In this document: positions 16,079 through 25,263 of the stretch, one piece after another | Layout of the letters: each line of letters starts with the position of its first letter | Numbering within the stretch: position 1 is the first letter of the stretch | From: Thermoanaerobaculia bacterium | GTDB lineage: Bacteria; Acidobacteriota; Thermoanaerobaculia; Gp7-AA8 | Assembly: GCA_044866315.1 (NCBI GenBank) | Contig: JBIOTX010000088.1 | Location: forward strand, 4,210-68,209 | Length of the DNA: 64,000 bases | Reading direction: 5' to 3' | Notes under the pieces: generated by a model | Told to the model about the DNA's origin: nothing | What the model saw: the letters and a program-made list of their open reading frames with translations, nothing else | Databases searched by the model: none | Made by a program: the position numbers and the translations under genes

Positions 16079-18982
16079 ATGTCTGAAAACATTCTCGTTG
16101 TGGAGTACGAGCCCCGCTACACGGACCGCGTGCGGCAGGCGCTCTCGGGGCAGCCGTTCACACCGACGTTCGCCAAGGATGGGGAAGAGGCCATGCGCGC
16201 CCTCGACTCTCCGCCGCCGCGGCTGATCGTCCTGTCGTCGGTGGTCCCGAAAATCAGCACCACGGAGCTGATCCGCGCGATCCGCGGGCGCAAGCCGCTG
16301 CAGGACACGCCGATCCTGCTCACCGTCTCCGGTTACAACGGAAAGAGTCCGAAGGCCGACGCCCAGCGCGTCGGGGCCTCGGACATCCTTCCCAAGCCGT
16401 ACTCGGAGACGGAGTTCCTCGGCAAGGTCCAGCAGATGCTCGGCCTCCCCACCGCCGGGCCGATGCTCGACGCCGACTTCACCGTCCGGCCGTCCGCGCC
16501 GACCATGCCCGGCGGGCTCACTTCCAACGAGATCTTCGGCGATGTCTTGGCCGAGGCGGAGAAACCGGTGAAAAAAACCTCCACGGGCGCGACCTCCGCC
16601 GCTGACGTCGACAAACTGCTCGCCGACACCCTCGGCGGGATCATGCCCCAGCGCCGGGAGAAGACGGCTCCGCCACCGACGGTGGTGAACACGCCCACTC
16701 CCACTCCTGCGCCGCCGCCGCAGGCAGCGCCGCCGCCGCAGGCAGCGCCGCCGCCGCAGCCACAGCAGGCGAAGCCGCGCACCGCGACGGGCGACATGAG
16801 CAAGCTGGTCGAGGACACGCTCTCCGGTCTGGAGAAGAGCGCGCGCAAGAACACCTCCACCGGCAGCGTCCCGCGTCCGGCCACGCCGCCCGCGGCCAGC
16901 GAGCCGGCCTCGGCGTCCGGCCGCTTCAACACCGAGAAGATGGCCGCCTTCACGCCCGACCGCGTGCCGATCTCGCAGCCCGTGTTCCCGCAGGCGGCCG
17001 AGCCGGCGAGGGTGGACGAGGAGGAGCCGGCCGACGGCGTCCGCTTCGGCCAGTACGTGCTCGTCGAGAAGATCGCCACCGGCGGGATGGCCGAGGTCTG
17101 GAAGGCCCGCATGCGCGGCGTGGAGGGATTCCAGAAGATCGTCGCCATCAAGAAGATCCTTCCCCACCTGTCCGACAACCAGGACTTCATCGACATGTTC
17201 GTCGATGAGGCCAAGCTGGCCGCGCAGCTCAACCACAACAACATCATCCACATCTACGACCTGGGCAAGATCCAGAACTCCTACTACATCGCGATGGAGT
17301 ACATCGATGGCTTCGACCTGAAGACCATCCTCCGCCGCGGTGAGGAGCGCGGGCATCCGATGCAGGTCGAGCTGGCGCTCTTCATCGCCTCGAAGATCGC
17401 CGCCGCGCTCGACTACGCGCACCGCAAGCGCGACCTGGAAGACAAAGAGATCGCCTTGGTGCATCGCGACGTCTCCCCGCAGAACGTGCTCATCTCCCAG
17501 GAAGGGGACATCAAGCTCTGCGACTTCGGCATCGCCAAGGCAGCGTCGAAGGCCTCGCACACCCAGGCCGGCGCGCTCAAGGGCAAGCTCCAGTACATGT
17601 CGCCCGAGCAGGCCTGGGGCCGCTCGATCGACAAGCGCTCGGACATCTTCGCCCTGGCCACGGTGCTCTTCGAGATGCTCACCGGGCGGAAGCTCTTCAC
17701 CGGCGACAACGAGCTGTCGATCCTCGAGCAGGTGCGCGAGGCCCGGGTGACGCCGCCCTCGCAGTCCAACGACGAAGTCACGCCAGAGATCGACCGGATC
17801 GTCCTCAAGGCCCTGCAGAAAGATCCCAAGGACCGCTACCAGACCGCGGGCGAGATGGCCCGCGACATCGACGCCATCCTCTACAGCTTCAAGCCGACGC
17901 CGACCAGCGCGGACCTCGCCATCTACATGCATCGCATGTCCAGCGCCGAGGCGCTGGTGCCGGTGGCGGAGCCCGAGCCGGAGCCGGTGGCGCCGACTCC
18001 GATCCCGACGCCGACTCCCACGCGCACGCCAACGTCCCCCTCGCCTTCGCTCGGGGTTTCGGCTCCGATGGCGGTCGTGCCGGCGGCAGCCGCGGCTTCG
18101 GTGCCCGCGCCGGTGGCTGCGGTGCCTGTGGCGTCGCACGTCGAGCCGTGGGAGCAGCCGGTGCGCAAGAAGTCGTCCGCCGGCCCGCTCATCGCCGTCG
18201 CCGCGATCGTGCTCCTCGGCATCGTCGGCGTGGCCTGGTGGCTGACGCGCGGCAAGGACAAGTCCGCGACGCCGCAGACCACCACCACCGCCACGGCCGC
18301 CGCCGCGATCCCGGCCGGAACCACCACCGCGCCGGCCGCCACGGGAACGCTCGTTCCCACGGCGACCACCACCGCTACGGCGACGACGACCGCCATCGAT
18401 CCCGCGCTCGTTGCCGAGGAAGTGCAGCGCCGCATGGCCGCCGAGCGCGCGCGTCTCGAGGCCCAGACCAAGGCCCAGCAGGCACAGACCGCGACCGTCG
18501 AGCCGACGCGGCCGGTCGCGCCGCCGCCGGTGCAGGTCGCCCAGCCGGTGCAGACCCAGACCACCGCCCCGCCGCCGCCGCCCGTGCAGACGCAGACCGT
18601 CGCGCCGACGCCGGCCGTCGAAGAGCCGGCGCCGCAGCCGGCCGCACCCGCTCCGGCCCCGGCGCCGCAGCGCGCGCGGGAGGGCGATCTCGTCCCCGCC
18701 GGAACGGAAGGCCTGAGCCCGGCGCGCATCGTCCGCCGCGGCTCGGTGCCCTATCCGACGATCGCGAAGATGCAGCGCGTCGAGGGAACGGTGCTCACCA
18801 GCGTGCTCGTCTCCGAGACCGGCGCGGTGCTGGACGTGCGCGTGCTGCGCGGCATCAACCGCCCGGTCGGCCTGAACGAGGCCGCCGTCCAGACCATGCG
18901 CCGCTCCACGTTCGCCGCCGGAACGAAGGACGGAGTGCGCGTGAAGTCGTGGATCACCGTCCCGGTGGACTTCAAGCTATGA
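16079..18982 (+). CDS. Fusion protein: degenerate receiver domain + Ser/Thr protein kinase + TM helix + Pro/Thr/Ala-rich linker + TonB C-terminal domain
   Basis: Start trimmed to MSENILVVEYEP. REC-like fold but with EY for DD and LIVLSSVVPK for the phospho-Asp. Kinase motifs GGMAEVWKA, VAIKK, HRDVSPQNV, DFGIAK, SPEQ. TM helix LIAVAAIVLLGIVGVAWWL. C-terminus YPTIAKMQRVEGTVLTSVLVSETGAVLDVRVLRG...VPVDFKL (TonB_C). Confidence 0.9.
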   Translation: MSENILVVEYEPRYTDRVRQALSGQPFTPTFAKDGEEAMRALDSPPPRLIVLSSVVPKISTTELIRAIRGRKPLQDTPILLTVSGYNGKSPKADAQRVGASDILPKPYSETEFLGKVQQMLGLPTAGPMLDADFTVRPSAPTMPGGLTSNEIFGDVLAEAEKPVKKTSTGATSAADVDKLLADTLGGIMPQRREKTAPPPTVVNTPTPTPAPPPQAAPPPQAAPPPQPQQAKPRTATGDMSKLVEDTLSGLEKSARKNTSTGSVPRPATPPAASEPASASGRFNTEKMAAFTPDRVPISQPVFPQAAEPARVDEEEPADGVRFGQYVLVEKIATGGMAEVWKARMRGVEGFQKIVAIKKILPHLSDNQDFIDMFVDEAKLAAQLNHNNIIHIYDLGKIQNSYYIAMEYIDGFDLKTILRRGEERGHPMQVELALFIASKIAAALDYAHRKRDLEDKEIALVHRDVSPQNVLISQEGDIKLCDFGIAKAASKASHTQAGALKGKLQYMSPEQAWGRSIDKRSDIFALATVLFEMLTGRKLFTGDNELSILEQVREARVTPPSQSNDEVTPEIDRIVLKALQKDPKDRYQTAGEMARDIDAILYSFKPTPTSADLAIYMHRMSSAEALVPVAEPEPEPVAPTPIPTPTPTRTPTSPSPSLGVSAPMAVVPAAAAASVPAPVAAVPVASHVEPWEQPVRKKSSAGPLIAVAAIVLLGIVGVAWWLTRGKDKSATPQTTTTATAAAAIPAGTTTAPAATGTLVPTATTTATATTTAIDPALVAEEVQRRMAAERARLEAQTKAQQAQTATVEPTRPVAPPPVQVAQPVQTQTTAPPPPPVQTQTVAPTPAVEEPAPQPAAPAPAPAPQRAREGDLVPAGTEGLSPARIVRRGSVPYPTIAKMQRVEGTVLTSVLVSETGAVLDVRVLRGINRPVGLNEAAVQTMRRSTFAAGTKDGVRVKSWITVPVDFKL
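16709..16759 (+). repeat. 18-bp in-frame tandem repeat (~2.8 copies) encoding (APPPQA)n in the kinase linker
   Basis: gcgccgccgccgcaggca x2 plus a partial third copy. Confidence 0.8.
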
Positions 18983-19027
18983 ACTATAATCGCGGCGCTT
19001 CAGCCGAAACGATTTGGAGGGTGTGAG

Positions 19028-19258
19028 ATGCCTGTCCTGACCGATCAGCAGCGCAAGTTCTACGAGACCACGCTTCAGGTGACGAAGCAGGAGATCAACG
19101 ACCTGAAGGACCAGATCGAGGAAGAGCTGGCCAAGGTCAAGGACCGCATCGCCGAGCTGCAGAACGCCATCAACGCCTCGAAGCAGATGTACGCCGCCGC
19201 CTGCAACCGCCTCGGCGTCGCCAACGACATGGACGATGAAGAGGGCGGTGAAGCGTAG
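19028..19258 (+). CDS. Small coiled-coil protein, unknown function
   Basis: 76-aa ORF with SD-like GGAGGG upstream and heptad-like sequence QEINDLKDQIEEELAKVKDRIAELQNAI. No family recognised. Confidence 0.45.
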   Translation: MPVLTDQQRKFYETTLQVTKQEINDLKDQIEEELAKVKDRIAELQNAINASKQMYAAACNRLGVANDMDDEEGGEA

Positions 19259-20132
19259 CCGTCCCCGCGCCGGTTCGCTCGACCGCGGCCTCACGGCCGC
19301 GGTTTTTGTTTGCGTCGTCGCTCTCGCCTGCCGAGAACGTCCTCTCTCCTCCGTCCGCGATGACCTCGGCCGCGACGTCCCCGTTCCCCGCAGCGTCGCC
19401 CGCATCGTCACGCTCGCCCCGAACGTCACGGAGCTCGTCTTCGCCATCGGGGCGGGGGCGCGGGTGGTGGGCACGGACGACTACTCGAACTATCCCGCCG
19501 CGGCGAAGAAGGCGGCCAAGGTCGGCGGGATGCAGCCGAACGTGGAGAAGATCGCGGCGCTGAAGCCCGATCTCGTGATCGCCTCGACGGAGGGGAATCA
19601 CCCGAACCTCGAGCCGGCGCTGAAGGCGATCAAGGTGCCGCTGTTCGTGGTCCGCACCGACCGGCTGCCGGAGATCACGGCCTCGATGAACACCCTCGGG
19701 CGGATCCTGGACGTCAACTCCAACCGCGCCATCGCCACGCTCGACCAGGCCATGAAGCGGCAGCAGCGCACGCGCGCGCGTCCGCCGCGCGTGCTCTTCG
19801 CGGTCTGGACCGATCCGCTCTACGTCGCCGGGCGCAACACCTTCACCGACGACCTGTACACGCTCACCGGCGCGCAGAACGCGGTGCGGGTGGGCGGGTG
19901 GCCGCAGTACTCGCTGGAGTCGCTCGTCGCCGAGCCGCCGGATCTGCTGCTCTACCCGCGCGGGGCGGTGACGCCGCAGCAGGTCGCGGCCCTCCTGCAA
20001 CGCGCGCCGGGGTTGCGAACCCGTGTCGTTCCGGTGAATGAGGACATTTTTCAACGCCCCGGGCCGCGCGTGGCCGACGCCGCGAAGGCCCTGAATGCGA
20101 TACTCGACGCATTCGAAAAGGAGCGGAAATGA
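19236..20132 (+). CDS. Periplasmic binding lipoprotein of a cobalamin/iron-siderophore type ABC transporter (BtuF-like)
   Basis: Lipobox VVALAC. RIVTLAPNVTELVFAIGAGARVVGTDDYSNYP...KPDLVIA is typical of BtuF/FecB-type binding proteins. Confidence 0.8.
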   Translation: MKRAVKRSRPRAGSLDRGLTAAVFVCVVALACRERPLSSVRDDLGRDVPVPRSVARIVTLAPNVTELVFAIGAGARVVGTDDYSNYPAAAKKAAKVGGMQPNVEKIAALKPDLVIASTEGNHPNLEPALKAIKVPLFVVRTDRLPEITASMNTLGRILDVNSNRAIATLDQAMKRQQRTRARPPRVLFAVWTDPLYVAGRNTFTDDLYTLTGAQNAVRVGGWPQYSLESLVAEPPDLLLYPRGAVTPQQVAALLQRAPGLRTRVVPVNEDIFQRPGPRVADAAKALNAILDAFEKERK

Positions 20133-20632
20133 GCAGCTTCCACATCGCTCAGATCAACATCGCCCGCGCGGTCGCGGACCTGGACAGCCCGCAGCTCGCG
20201 AACTTCGTGGCCCGTCTCGACGAGATCAACGCCCTGGCCGAGGGCAGTCCCGGCTTCGTCTGGCGCCTCAAGGCCGACGATGGCATGCCCAGCAGCTACC
20301 TCCGTCCGTACGAGGACGAACGCCTCCTGATCAACATGTCCGTCTGGGAGAGCGTCGAGGCCTTGAAGCACTACGTCTACAAGACCGCCCACGCCGAACT
20401 GCTCAAGCAGCGGCGGGAGTGGTTCGAGCATTTCAGCGGCGCGTACCTGGCCATGTGGTGGGTGCCGGCCGGTCACATCCCGGGCATCGACGAGGCCAAG
20501 AAGCGGCTGGCCCATCTCGAGGAGCACGGGCCGTCGCAGTTCGCGTTCACGTTCAAGACCATTCAGCCGCCCGACGAGCCGTGGCTCAGGGCCTTCGACT
20601 GGTCTATCTTCACCCCGTGTCCCGCGACCTGA
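20129..20632 (+). CDS. DUF3291 domain protein
   Basis: MSSFHIAQINIARAVADLDSPQLANFVARLDEINALAEGSPGFVWRLK matches the DUF3291 N-terminal signature. Overlaps both neighbouring genes. Confidence 0.75.
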   Translation: MSSFHIAQINIARAVADLDSPQLANFVARLDEINALAEGSPGFVWRLKADDGMPSSYLRPYEDERLLINMSVWESVEALKHYVYKTAHAELLKQRREWFEHFSGAYLAMWWVPAGHIPGIDEAKKRLAHLEEHGPSQFAFTFKTIQPPDEPWLRAFDWSIFTPCPAT

Positions 20633-21570
20633 TCCGCGCGATCGCCCTGCTATTCGTTCTGTTGGCGATCGCGATTGCGCTCGCCGTCTCCTTCGGCGCG
20701 ACCTCGACGTCGTGGCGGGACGACACCGCCCGGGTGATCCTCCTCGGCATCCGCCTGCCGCGGGTCCTCCTCGCCGCGGCGATCGGCGCGACGCTGGCCG
20801 TGGCCGGCCTCACGTTCCAGACTCTCCTCCGCAACCCGCTCGCCGATCCCTTCATCCTCGGCGTCTCCGGCGGAGCGGCGTGCGGTGCGGCCGTGGCCAC
20901 GGCGCTGCGCCTCAATCGCGTGCCCGGACTCGTGCCGCTGGTCGCCTTCGCCGGCGCGATCGGTGCGACCGCCGCGGTGTTCGTCCTCGCCCGCAGGCGC
21001 GATCACACCGATCCCGCGCGCCTCCTGCTCTCCGGCCTCGTGCTCAACGCCTTCTTCTCCGCGGTCATCCTGATCTCCTTCGCCCTGTCCGCGCAGAGCG
21101 ACCTCACCGCCGCGCTGCGCTGGATGATGGGCACCCTCTTCGGTGCGACCTGGACGAACGTCGCTCTCGTCGCTGCGCTCCTCATGGTCGCCTTGATCGT
21201 GCTCGCCTTCACCGCCAACGACCTCCGCCTCCTCGCTTTCGGCGAAGAGGACGCGAAGTCGCGCGGCGTGGAGGTGGAGCGGGTGAAGTTGATCGGCTTC
21301 GGCGTCGCCTCGGTGATCACCGGCGCCGCCGTGGCCGTGAGCGGCATCATCGGCTTCGTCGGCCTGCTCGTGCCGCACCTCATCCGCCTGATCTGGGCCC
21401 GCGACTTTCGCTTCCTCCTCCCGCTCACCGCCCTCGGCGGCGCCGCGCTGGTCGTGCTCGCGGACCTGATCTCGCGCACGGTCGTGACCACGACCGAGCT
21501 GCCCATCGGCGCGTTCACCGCGGTCCTCGGCGTGCCGTTCTTTTTGTCGCTGTTGCGGAGGGCGCGATGA
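20617..21570 (+). CDS. FecCD/BtuC-family ABC transporter permease
   Basis: ORF 20095..21570 trimmed to the GTG at 20617. About 9-10 hydrophobic helices. Motifs LLGIRLPRVLLAAAIGATLAVAG...LRNPLADPFILGVSGGAA...GIIGFVGLLVPHLIR. Confidence 0.85.
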   Translation: MSRDLIRAIALLFVLLAIAIALAVSFGATSTSWRDDTARVILLGIRLPRVLLAAAIGATLAVAGLTFQTLLRNPLADPFILGVSGGAACGAAVATALRLNRVPGLVPLVAFAGAIGATAAVFVLARRRDHTDPARLLLSGLVLNAFFSAVILISFALSAQSDLTAALRWMMGTLFGATWTNVALVAALLMVALIVLAFTANDLRLLAFGEEDAKSRGVEVERVKLIGFGVASVITGAAVAVSGIIGFVGLLVPHLIRLIWARDFRFLLPLTALGGAALVVLADLISRTVVTTTELPIGAFTAVLGVPFFLSLLRRAR

Positions 21571-22346
21571 TGCTCTCCCTCCGCGCCGTCTCCTACGCCT
21601 ACGCCGACGCCCCCGCGGTCGCCGAGGTGTCGCTGCAGATCGCCGAGGGACAGCTCGTCGCGCTCACTGGCCCGAACGGCTCAGGCAAGTCGACGCTGCT
21701 GAAGCTCATCGCCCGCATCTTCGCCCCGCAGCGCGGCGAGGTTCGCTTCGAAGGCAAGCCGCTCGCGGAGTGGCCGGCCAAGGAGTACGCGAAGCGGGTC
21801 GGCTATCTGCCGCAGGATCCCGATCCCGCGTTCCCCATGCGCGCCATCGACGTCGTCGTCTCCGGCCGCGCGCCCTACCTCGGACGCTTCGCCTGGGAGG
21901 GCGAGCGCGATTGGGAGGAGGCGTCGAAGGCGCTCGCGCTCTGCGACGCCGCGCACCTCGCCGACCGCTATCTCGACGAGATGAGCGGCGGCGAGCGGAA
22001 GCGCGTCTTCCTCGCCCGCGTCCTGGCCGGCACGCCGCGCCTCATCCTCCTCGACGAGCCGCTGGCCGCGCTCGACCTCTCCCACGTGCAGCAGTTCTCG
22101 TCGCTGCTCCGCGATGTCGTCGACCGCACCGGCTGTACGGTCCTCTTCGCCGCGCACGACCTGAACTGGGCCGCCGCGCGCAGCGATCGCATGCTGGTGA
22201 TGCAGAACGGCGCGCTCGCGCTGGACGCCCCTCCGGCCGACGTGATGCGGCCGGAGGTCATGCGCTCCTTCTTCGGCTTCGAGGCCGAGACGGTGACCAG
22301 CGGCGGCAGGACCTGGATCGTCCCGCGGATTACCAGCGCTTCTTGA
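21567..22346 (+). CDS. ABC transporter ATP-binding protein (FecE/BtuD-like)
   Basis: Walker A GPNGSGKSTLL, signature MSGGERKRV, Walker B LILLDEP. ATGA overlap with the permease stop. Confidence 0.9.
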   Translation: MMLSLRAVSYAYADAPAVAEVSLQIAEGQLVALTGPNGSGKSTLLKLIARIFAPQRGEVRFEGKPLAEWPAKEYAKRVGYLPQDPDPAFPMRAIDVVVSGRAPYLGRFAWEGERDWEEASKALALCDAAHLADRYLDEMSGGERKRVFLARVLAGTPRLILLDEPLAALDLSHVQQFSSLLRDVVDRTGCTVLFAAHDLNWAAARSDRMLVMQNGALALDAPPADVMRPEVMRSFFGFEAETVTSGGRTWIVPRITSAS

Positions 22347-23103
22347 GGATCACCAGCGCGAGCAGCGTGCCGTTGCCCTGACGGATGGCGCCGACTTCCA
22401 CCTCGTCGCCGACCTTGATGCCTTTGTCGATCTTGGTCCGGTCGTTGGTGATGAACTTCACCGGCTCGCCGTCTTTCTTCGTGACCGTCCAGTCGACCCC
22501 TTCGATCGCGGCGACCTTGCCGCTGATGTGCACGAGGATGTCGTTCGGCGGCGTCACCTGCTGCGGCACGACCGTGACCACGCTCGTGGCCACGAGCCGG
22601 CCGCCGGTCACGTCGGCCTGCACGAGGACGATGTCGCCGCTGCGCAGGTCGTCGAGGTCGGGCGCCGAGCCGTCCTTGCGGCCGCCGAAGCGCGTGTCCG
22701 GCGTGACGTGAATGGTGCGGCCGAGGAGGGTGAACGTCTTCGCCGTGAAGTCGACGCTCTGCACCTTGCCGAGGATCGTCGCGTCGGCGAAGCGGGTGAC
22801 GGTGATGACCCGCGCCGGGATCGGCGCGTTGGCCGGCACGTCGCTGGTCGCGAGCTGGGCGAAGAGGATCATGCCGCGCTGGACGTCGGCGATCGTGCCG
22901 TCGCGGCCCTCGCCGATGATCTTCGCGCCGGTGGCGTCGATCGTCACCAGGCCGTCCGCGAGCCGGATCAGGTTCCCGCTGACGGAGTCGACGACGCCGT
23001 TGATCGTGGCCGGCGCCTTCTCGCGGTCGAAGGTGACGTTGACCGAGGCGCTGGCGGTGAAGGCGAGGAGGAGGAGAGAGAGGACGAGGAGCTTCCGGGA
23101 CAT
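22330..23103 (-). CDS. Secreted DUF5666-like repeat protein
   Basis: Signal peptide MSRKLLVLSLLLLAFTASA. Repeated beta-rich units (GVVDSVSGNLIRLADGLVTIDATGAKI..., GKVQSVDFTAKTFTLLGRTIHV..., GKVAAIEGVDWTV). Confidence 0.6.
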   Translation of the reverse strand: MSRKLLVLSLLLLAFTASASVNVTFDREKAPATINGVVDSVSGNLIRLADGLVTIDATGAKIIGEGRDGTIADVQRGMILFAQLATSDVPANAPIPARVITVTRFADATILGKVQSVDFTAKTFTLLGRTIHVTPDTRFGGRKDGSAPDLDDLRSGDIVLVQADVTGGRLVATSVVTVVPQQVTPPNDILVHISGKVAAIEGVDWTVTKKDGEPVKFITNDRTKIDKGIKVGDEVEVGAIRQGNGTLLALVILKKRW

Positions 23104-23110
23104 GGTTCCA

Positions 23111-25240
23111 TTATGACACTAAGGGCAGCCGCCGCACGCGCTTGCCCGTCGCCGCAAAGTACGCGTTCAGCACCGCCGGCACCAGCGGCGGGACGGGCGG
23201 CTCGCCCATGCCGAAGGCGTTGGGCGTCTCGCTGCCGAGGATGTGCACCTCGACCTTGGGCATGTCGCGGAGGCGGGGGAGGGCGTAGTCGGCGTAGCTG
23301 GTCTGCTCGACGCGGCCTTCCTTGACCGTGATCTCGCTCATGAGCTGGGCCAGGGCCCAGACGATGCCGCCCTCGATCTGCTGCTCGACGCCGATCGGGT
23401 TCACGACCGCGCCGCAGTCGACGGCGCAGACGACGCGGTCCACCTTCCACGACGCCCCCTTCGCGGTGACCTCGGCGACGTACGCCACGTGCGTGTCGCC
23501 GTCGTAGATGTTGCAGGCCACGCCGCGGGCGCGGCCCTTCGGGAGCGGTTTGCCCCAGCCGGACTTGTCGCGCACGGTCTCCAGCACGCGGCGCAGCCGC
23601 GGGCGCTCGAGGGTGAGGTCGCCGGCCTTGACCGACTCCGCGCCGCCGAGGTGATCGAGGCGGAACTGCAGCGGATCCTTGCCGGCGGCGTGGGCGAGCT
23701 CGTCGAAGAACGACTCGCGCGCGAATGTGCTGGAGGGCGAGAACACCGCCCGCCAGGGGCCGTAGCGGACGGGCGAGTCGTGGCGCACGTAGCGCGTCTC
23801 GATGTTGGCGACGTCGTACGGCACGTCGTACACGCCCCACGAGTAGTCGCGGTAGGTCGCCGACGGGTCGGCGAGCATCTCCGGCGTCGGCGCCACGCCG
23901 GTCATGAATGGGCTGCACACCTTTTTGTGCATCCAGGTGACGATCCGCCCGTTCGCATCGAGCGTCCCGCGCATCCCCTCGGCCGTCCCGTGCTGTAGCC
24001 GCCCGTCGGTGAAGTCTTCCTGGCGCGTCCACACCACCTGCACCGGCTCGCCGAGCGCCTTCGCGACTTCCGCGGCCTCGACGACGTACTCGACGCGCAG
24101 GCGCCGGCCGAAGCCGCCGCCGATGAGCGTCGGGTGCACGGTTACGTTCGCGGCGTCGACGCCGAGGAGCTTGGCCACGTCGCGCTGCACGGAGTTCGGG
24201 GCCTGCGTGGAGAGCCACAGCTCGGCCTTGTCGCCCTTCACCTGGGCGACGCAGTTCAGCGGCTCGAGCGCGGCGTGGGTGTAGAACGGGTAGACGTAGG
24301 TCGCATCGAGCGTCTTCGCCGTCGTCGCCAGCGCCGCCTTCACGTCTCCTTCGGCCCGCGTCGGCACGCCTTCTTCCGACGCGGCTTTCGCCGCCGCCGC
24401 GGTGAGGTACTCGCGCGAGTCGAACGTCGCGTTCGGACCGAGGTCCCACTCCACTTCGACCTTGTCGCGCGCGCTCATCGCCGCCCACGTGGTCGGGCCG
24501 ACCAGCGCGAGGCCGGTGGAGATCGGGATGGCGCGGATGCCCGCGGCCTTCGAGGCGTCGAACTTCACGACCTTCCCGCCGACGACCGGGCAGCGCAGGA
24601 CGCTCGCGTACTTCATCCCCGGCACGCGCACGTCGAAGCCGTACTTGGCCGCACCGGTGACGATCGACGGGTCGTCGAGACGGGCTACGCGCTTGCCGAT
24701 GATGCGGAAGTTTTTGGGGGTCTTGAGGGCCACGTCCTTCGGCACCTCGAGCTTCGACGCCGAGGCGGCGAGCTCGCCGTAGCTGGCGCGCTTCCCGCTC
24801 GCGTCATGGAGGACGAATCCCTTCTCCGTCCGCAGCGCGGCGTAATCGGCACCCCATGCCGCCGCCGCGGCGCTCACGAGCATCGCCCGTGCGGTCGCCG
24901 CCGCCGGACGCAGCGTGCGCCAGGCTCCGAACACGCTGCCGCTGCCGCCTGTGCCGAGGCGCTGGTAATCGGGCCCCGGCTCGGCCTGCACGATGGTGAT
25001 GGTCGACCAGTCCGCGTCCAGCTCTTCGGCCACGATCATGGGCAGCGACGTCCGCACGCCCTGTCCCATCTCCTGCTTGCCGACGAAGATCGTCACCCGC
25101 CCGTCGGGATCGACGCGCAGCCACGCATTCGGCTGCCACGGCTTCTTCTCGTCCTGCGCGCTGGCCTGGCCGACGCCGAGGAGCAGCGCCGTGCCGCTCA
25201 CGGCCGTGATGCGGAGGAAATCGCGACGGGTTGCGGACAT
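23111..25240 (-). CDS. Molybdopterin-binding subunit of a xanthine dehydrogenase/aldehyde oxidase-family oxidoreductase (IorB-like), Tat-exported
   Basis: Twin-arginine signal [22 protein letters not shown]. Length and motifs ([17 protein letters not shown]) are typical of the IorB/PaoC-type large subunit. Confidence 0.88.
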   Translation of the reverse strand: MSATRRDFLRITAVSGTALLLGVGQASAQDEKKPWQPNAWLRVDPDGRVTIFVGKQEMGQGVRTSLPMIVAEELDADWSTITIVQAEPGPDYQRLGTGGSGSVFGAWRTLRPAAATARAMLVSAAAAAWGADYAALRTEKGFVLHDASGKRASYGELAASASKLEVPKDVALKTPKNFRIIGKRVARLDDPSIVTGAAKYGFDVRVPGMKYASVLRCPVVGGKVVKFDASKAAGIRAIPISTGLALVGPTTWAAMSARDKVEVEWDLGPNATFDSREYLTAAAAKAASEEGVPTRAEGDVKAALATTAKTLDATYVYPFYTHAALEPLNCVAQVKGDKAELWLSTQAPNSVQRDVAKLLGVDAANVTVHPTLIGGGFGRRLRVEYVVEAAEVAKALGEPVQVVWTRQEDFTDGRLQHGTAEGMRGTLDANGRIVTWMHKKVCSPFMTGVAPTPEMLADPSATYRDYSWGVYDVPYDVANIETRYVRHDSPVRYGPWRAVFSPSSTFARESFFDELAHAAGKDPLQFRLDHLGGAESVKAGDLTLERPRLRRVLETVRDKSGWGKPLPKGRARGVACNIYDGDTHVAYVAEVTAKGASWKVDRVVCAVDCGAVVNPIGVEQQIEGGIVWALAQLMSEITVKEGRVEQTSYADYALPRLRDMPKVEVHILGSETPNAFGMGEPPVPPLVPAVLNAYFAATGKRVRRLPLVS

Positions 25241-25263
25241 GCCGTCACTCTATGGCCTGCCGT

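Noticed and set aside
18983-19235. Cobalamin riboswitch upstream of the BtuF-like ABC operon.
   Set aside because: I found no B12-box-like sequence (AGYCMGgAgaCCkGCc type) or typical GC-rich multi-stem leader. The interval is mostly occupied by a small coiled-coil ORF.
23111-25263. Missing 2Fe-2S small subunit (IorA-like) next to the molybdopterin subunit, as a possible novel stand-alone enzyme.
   Set aside because: Only 23 nt separate it from the upstream MFS gene, so no partner is encoded here. Partners are often encoded elsewhere, and absence within one window is not evidence of novelty.
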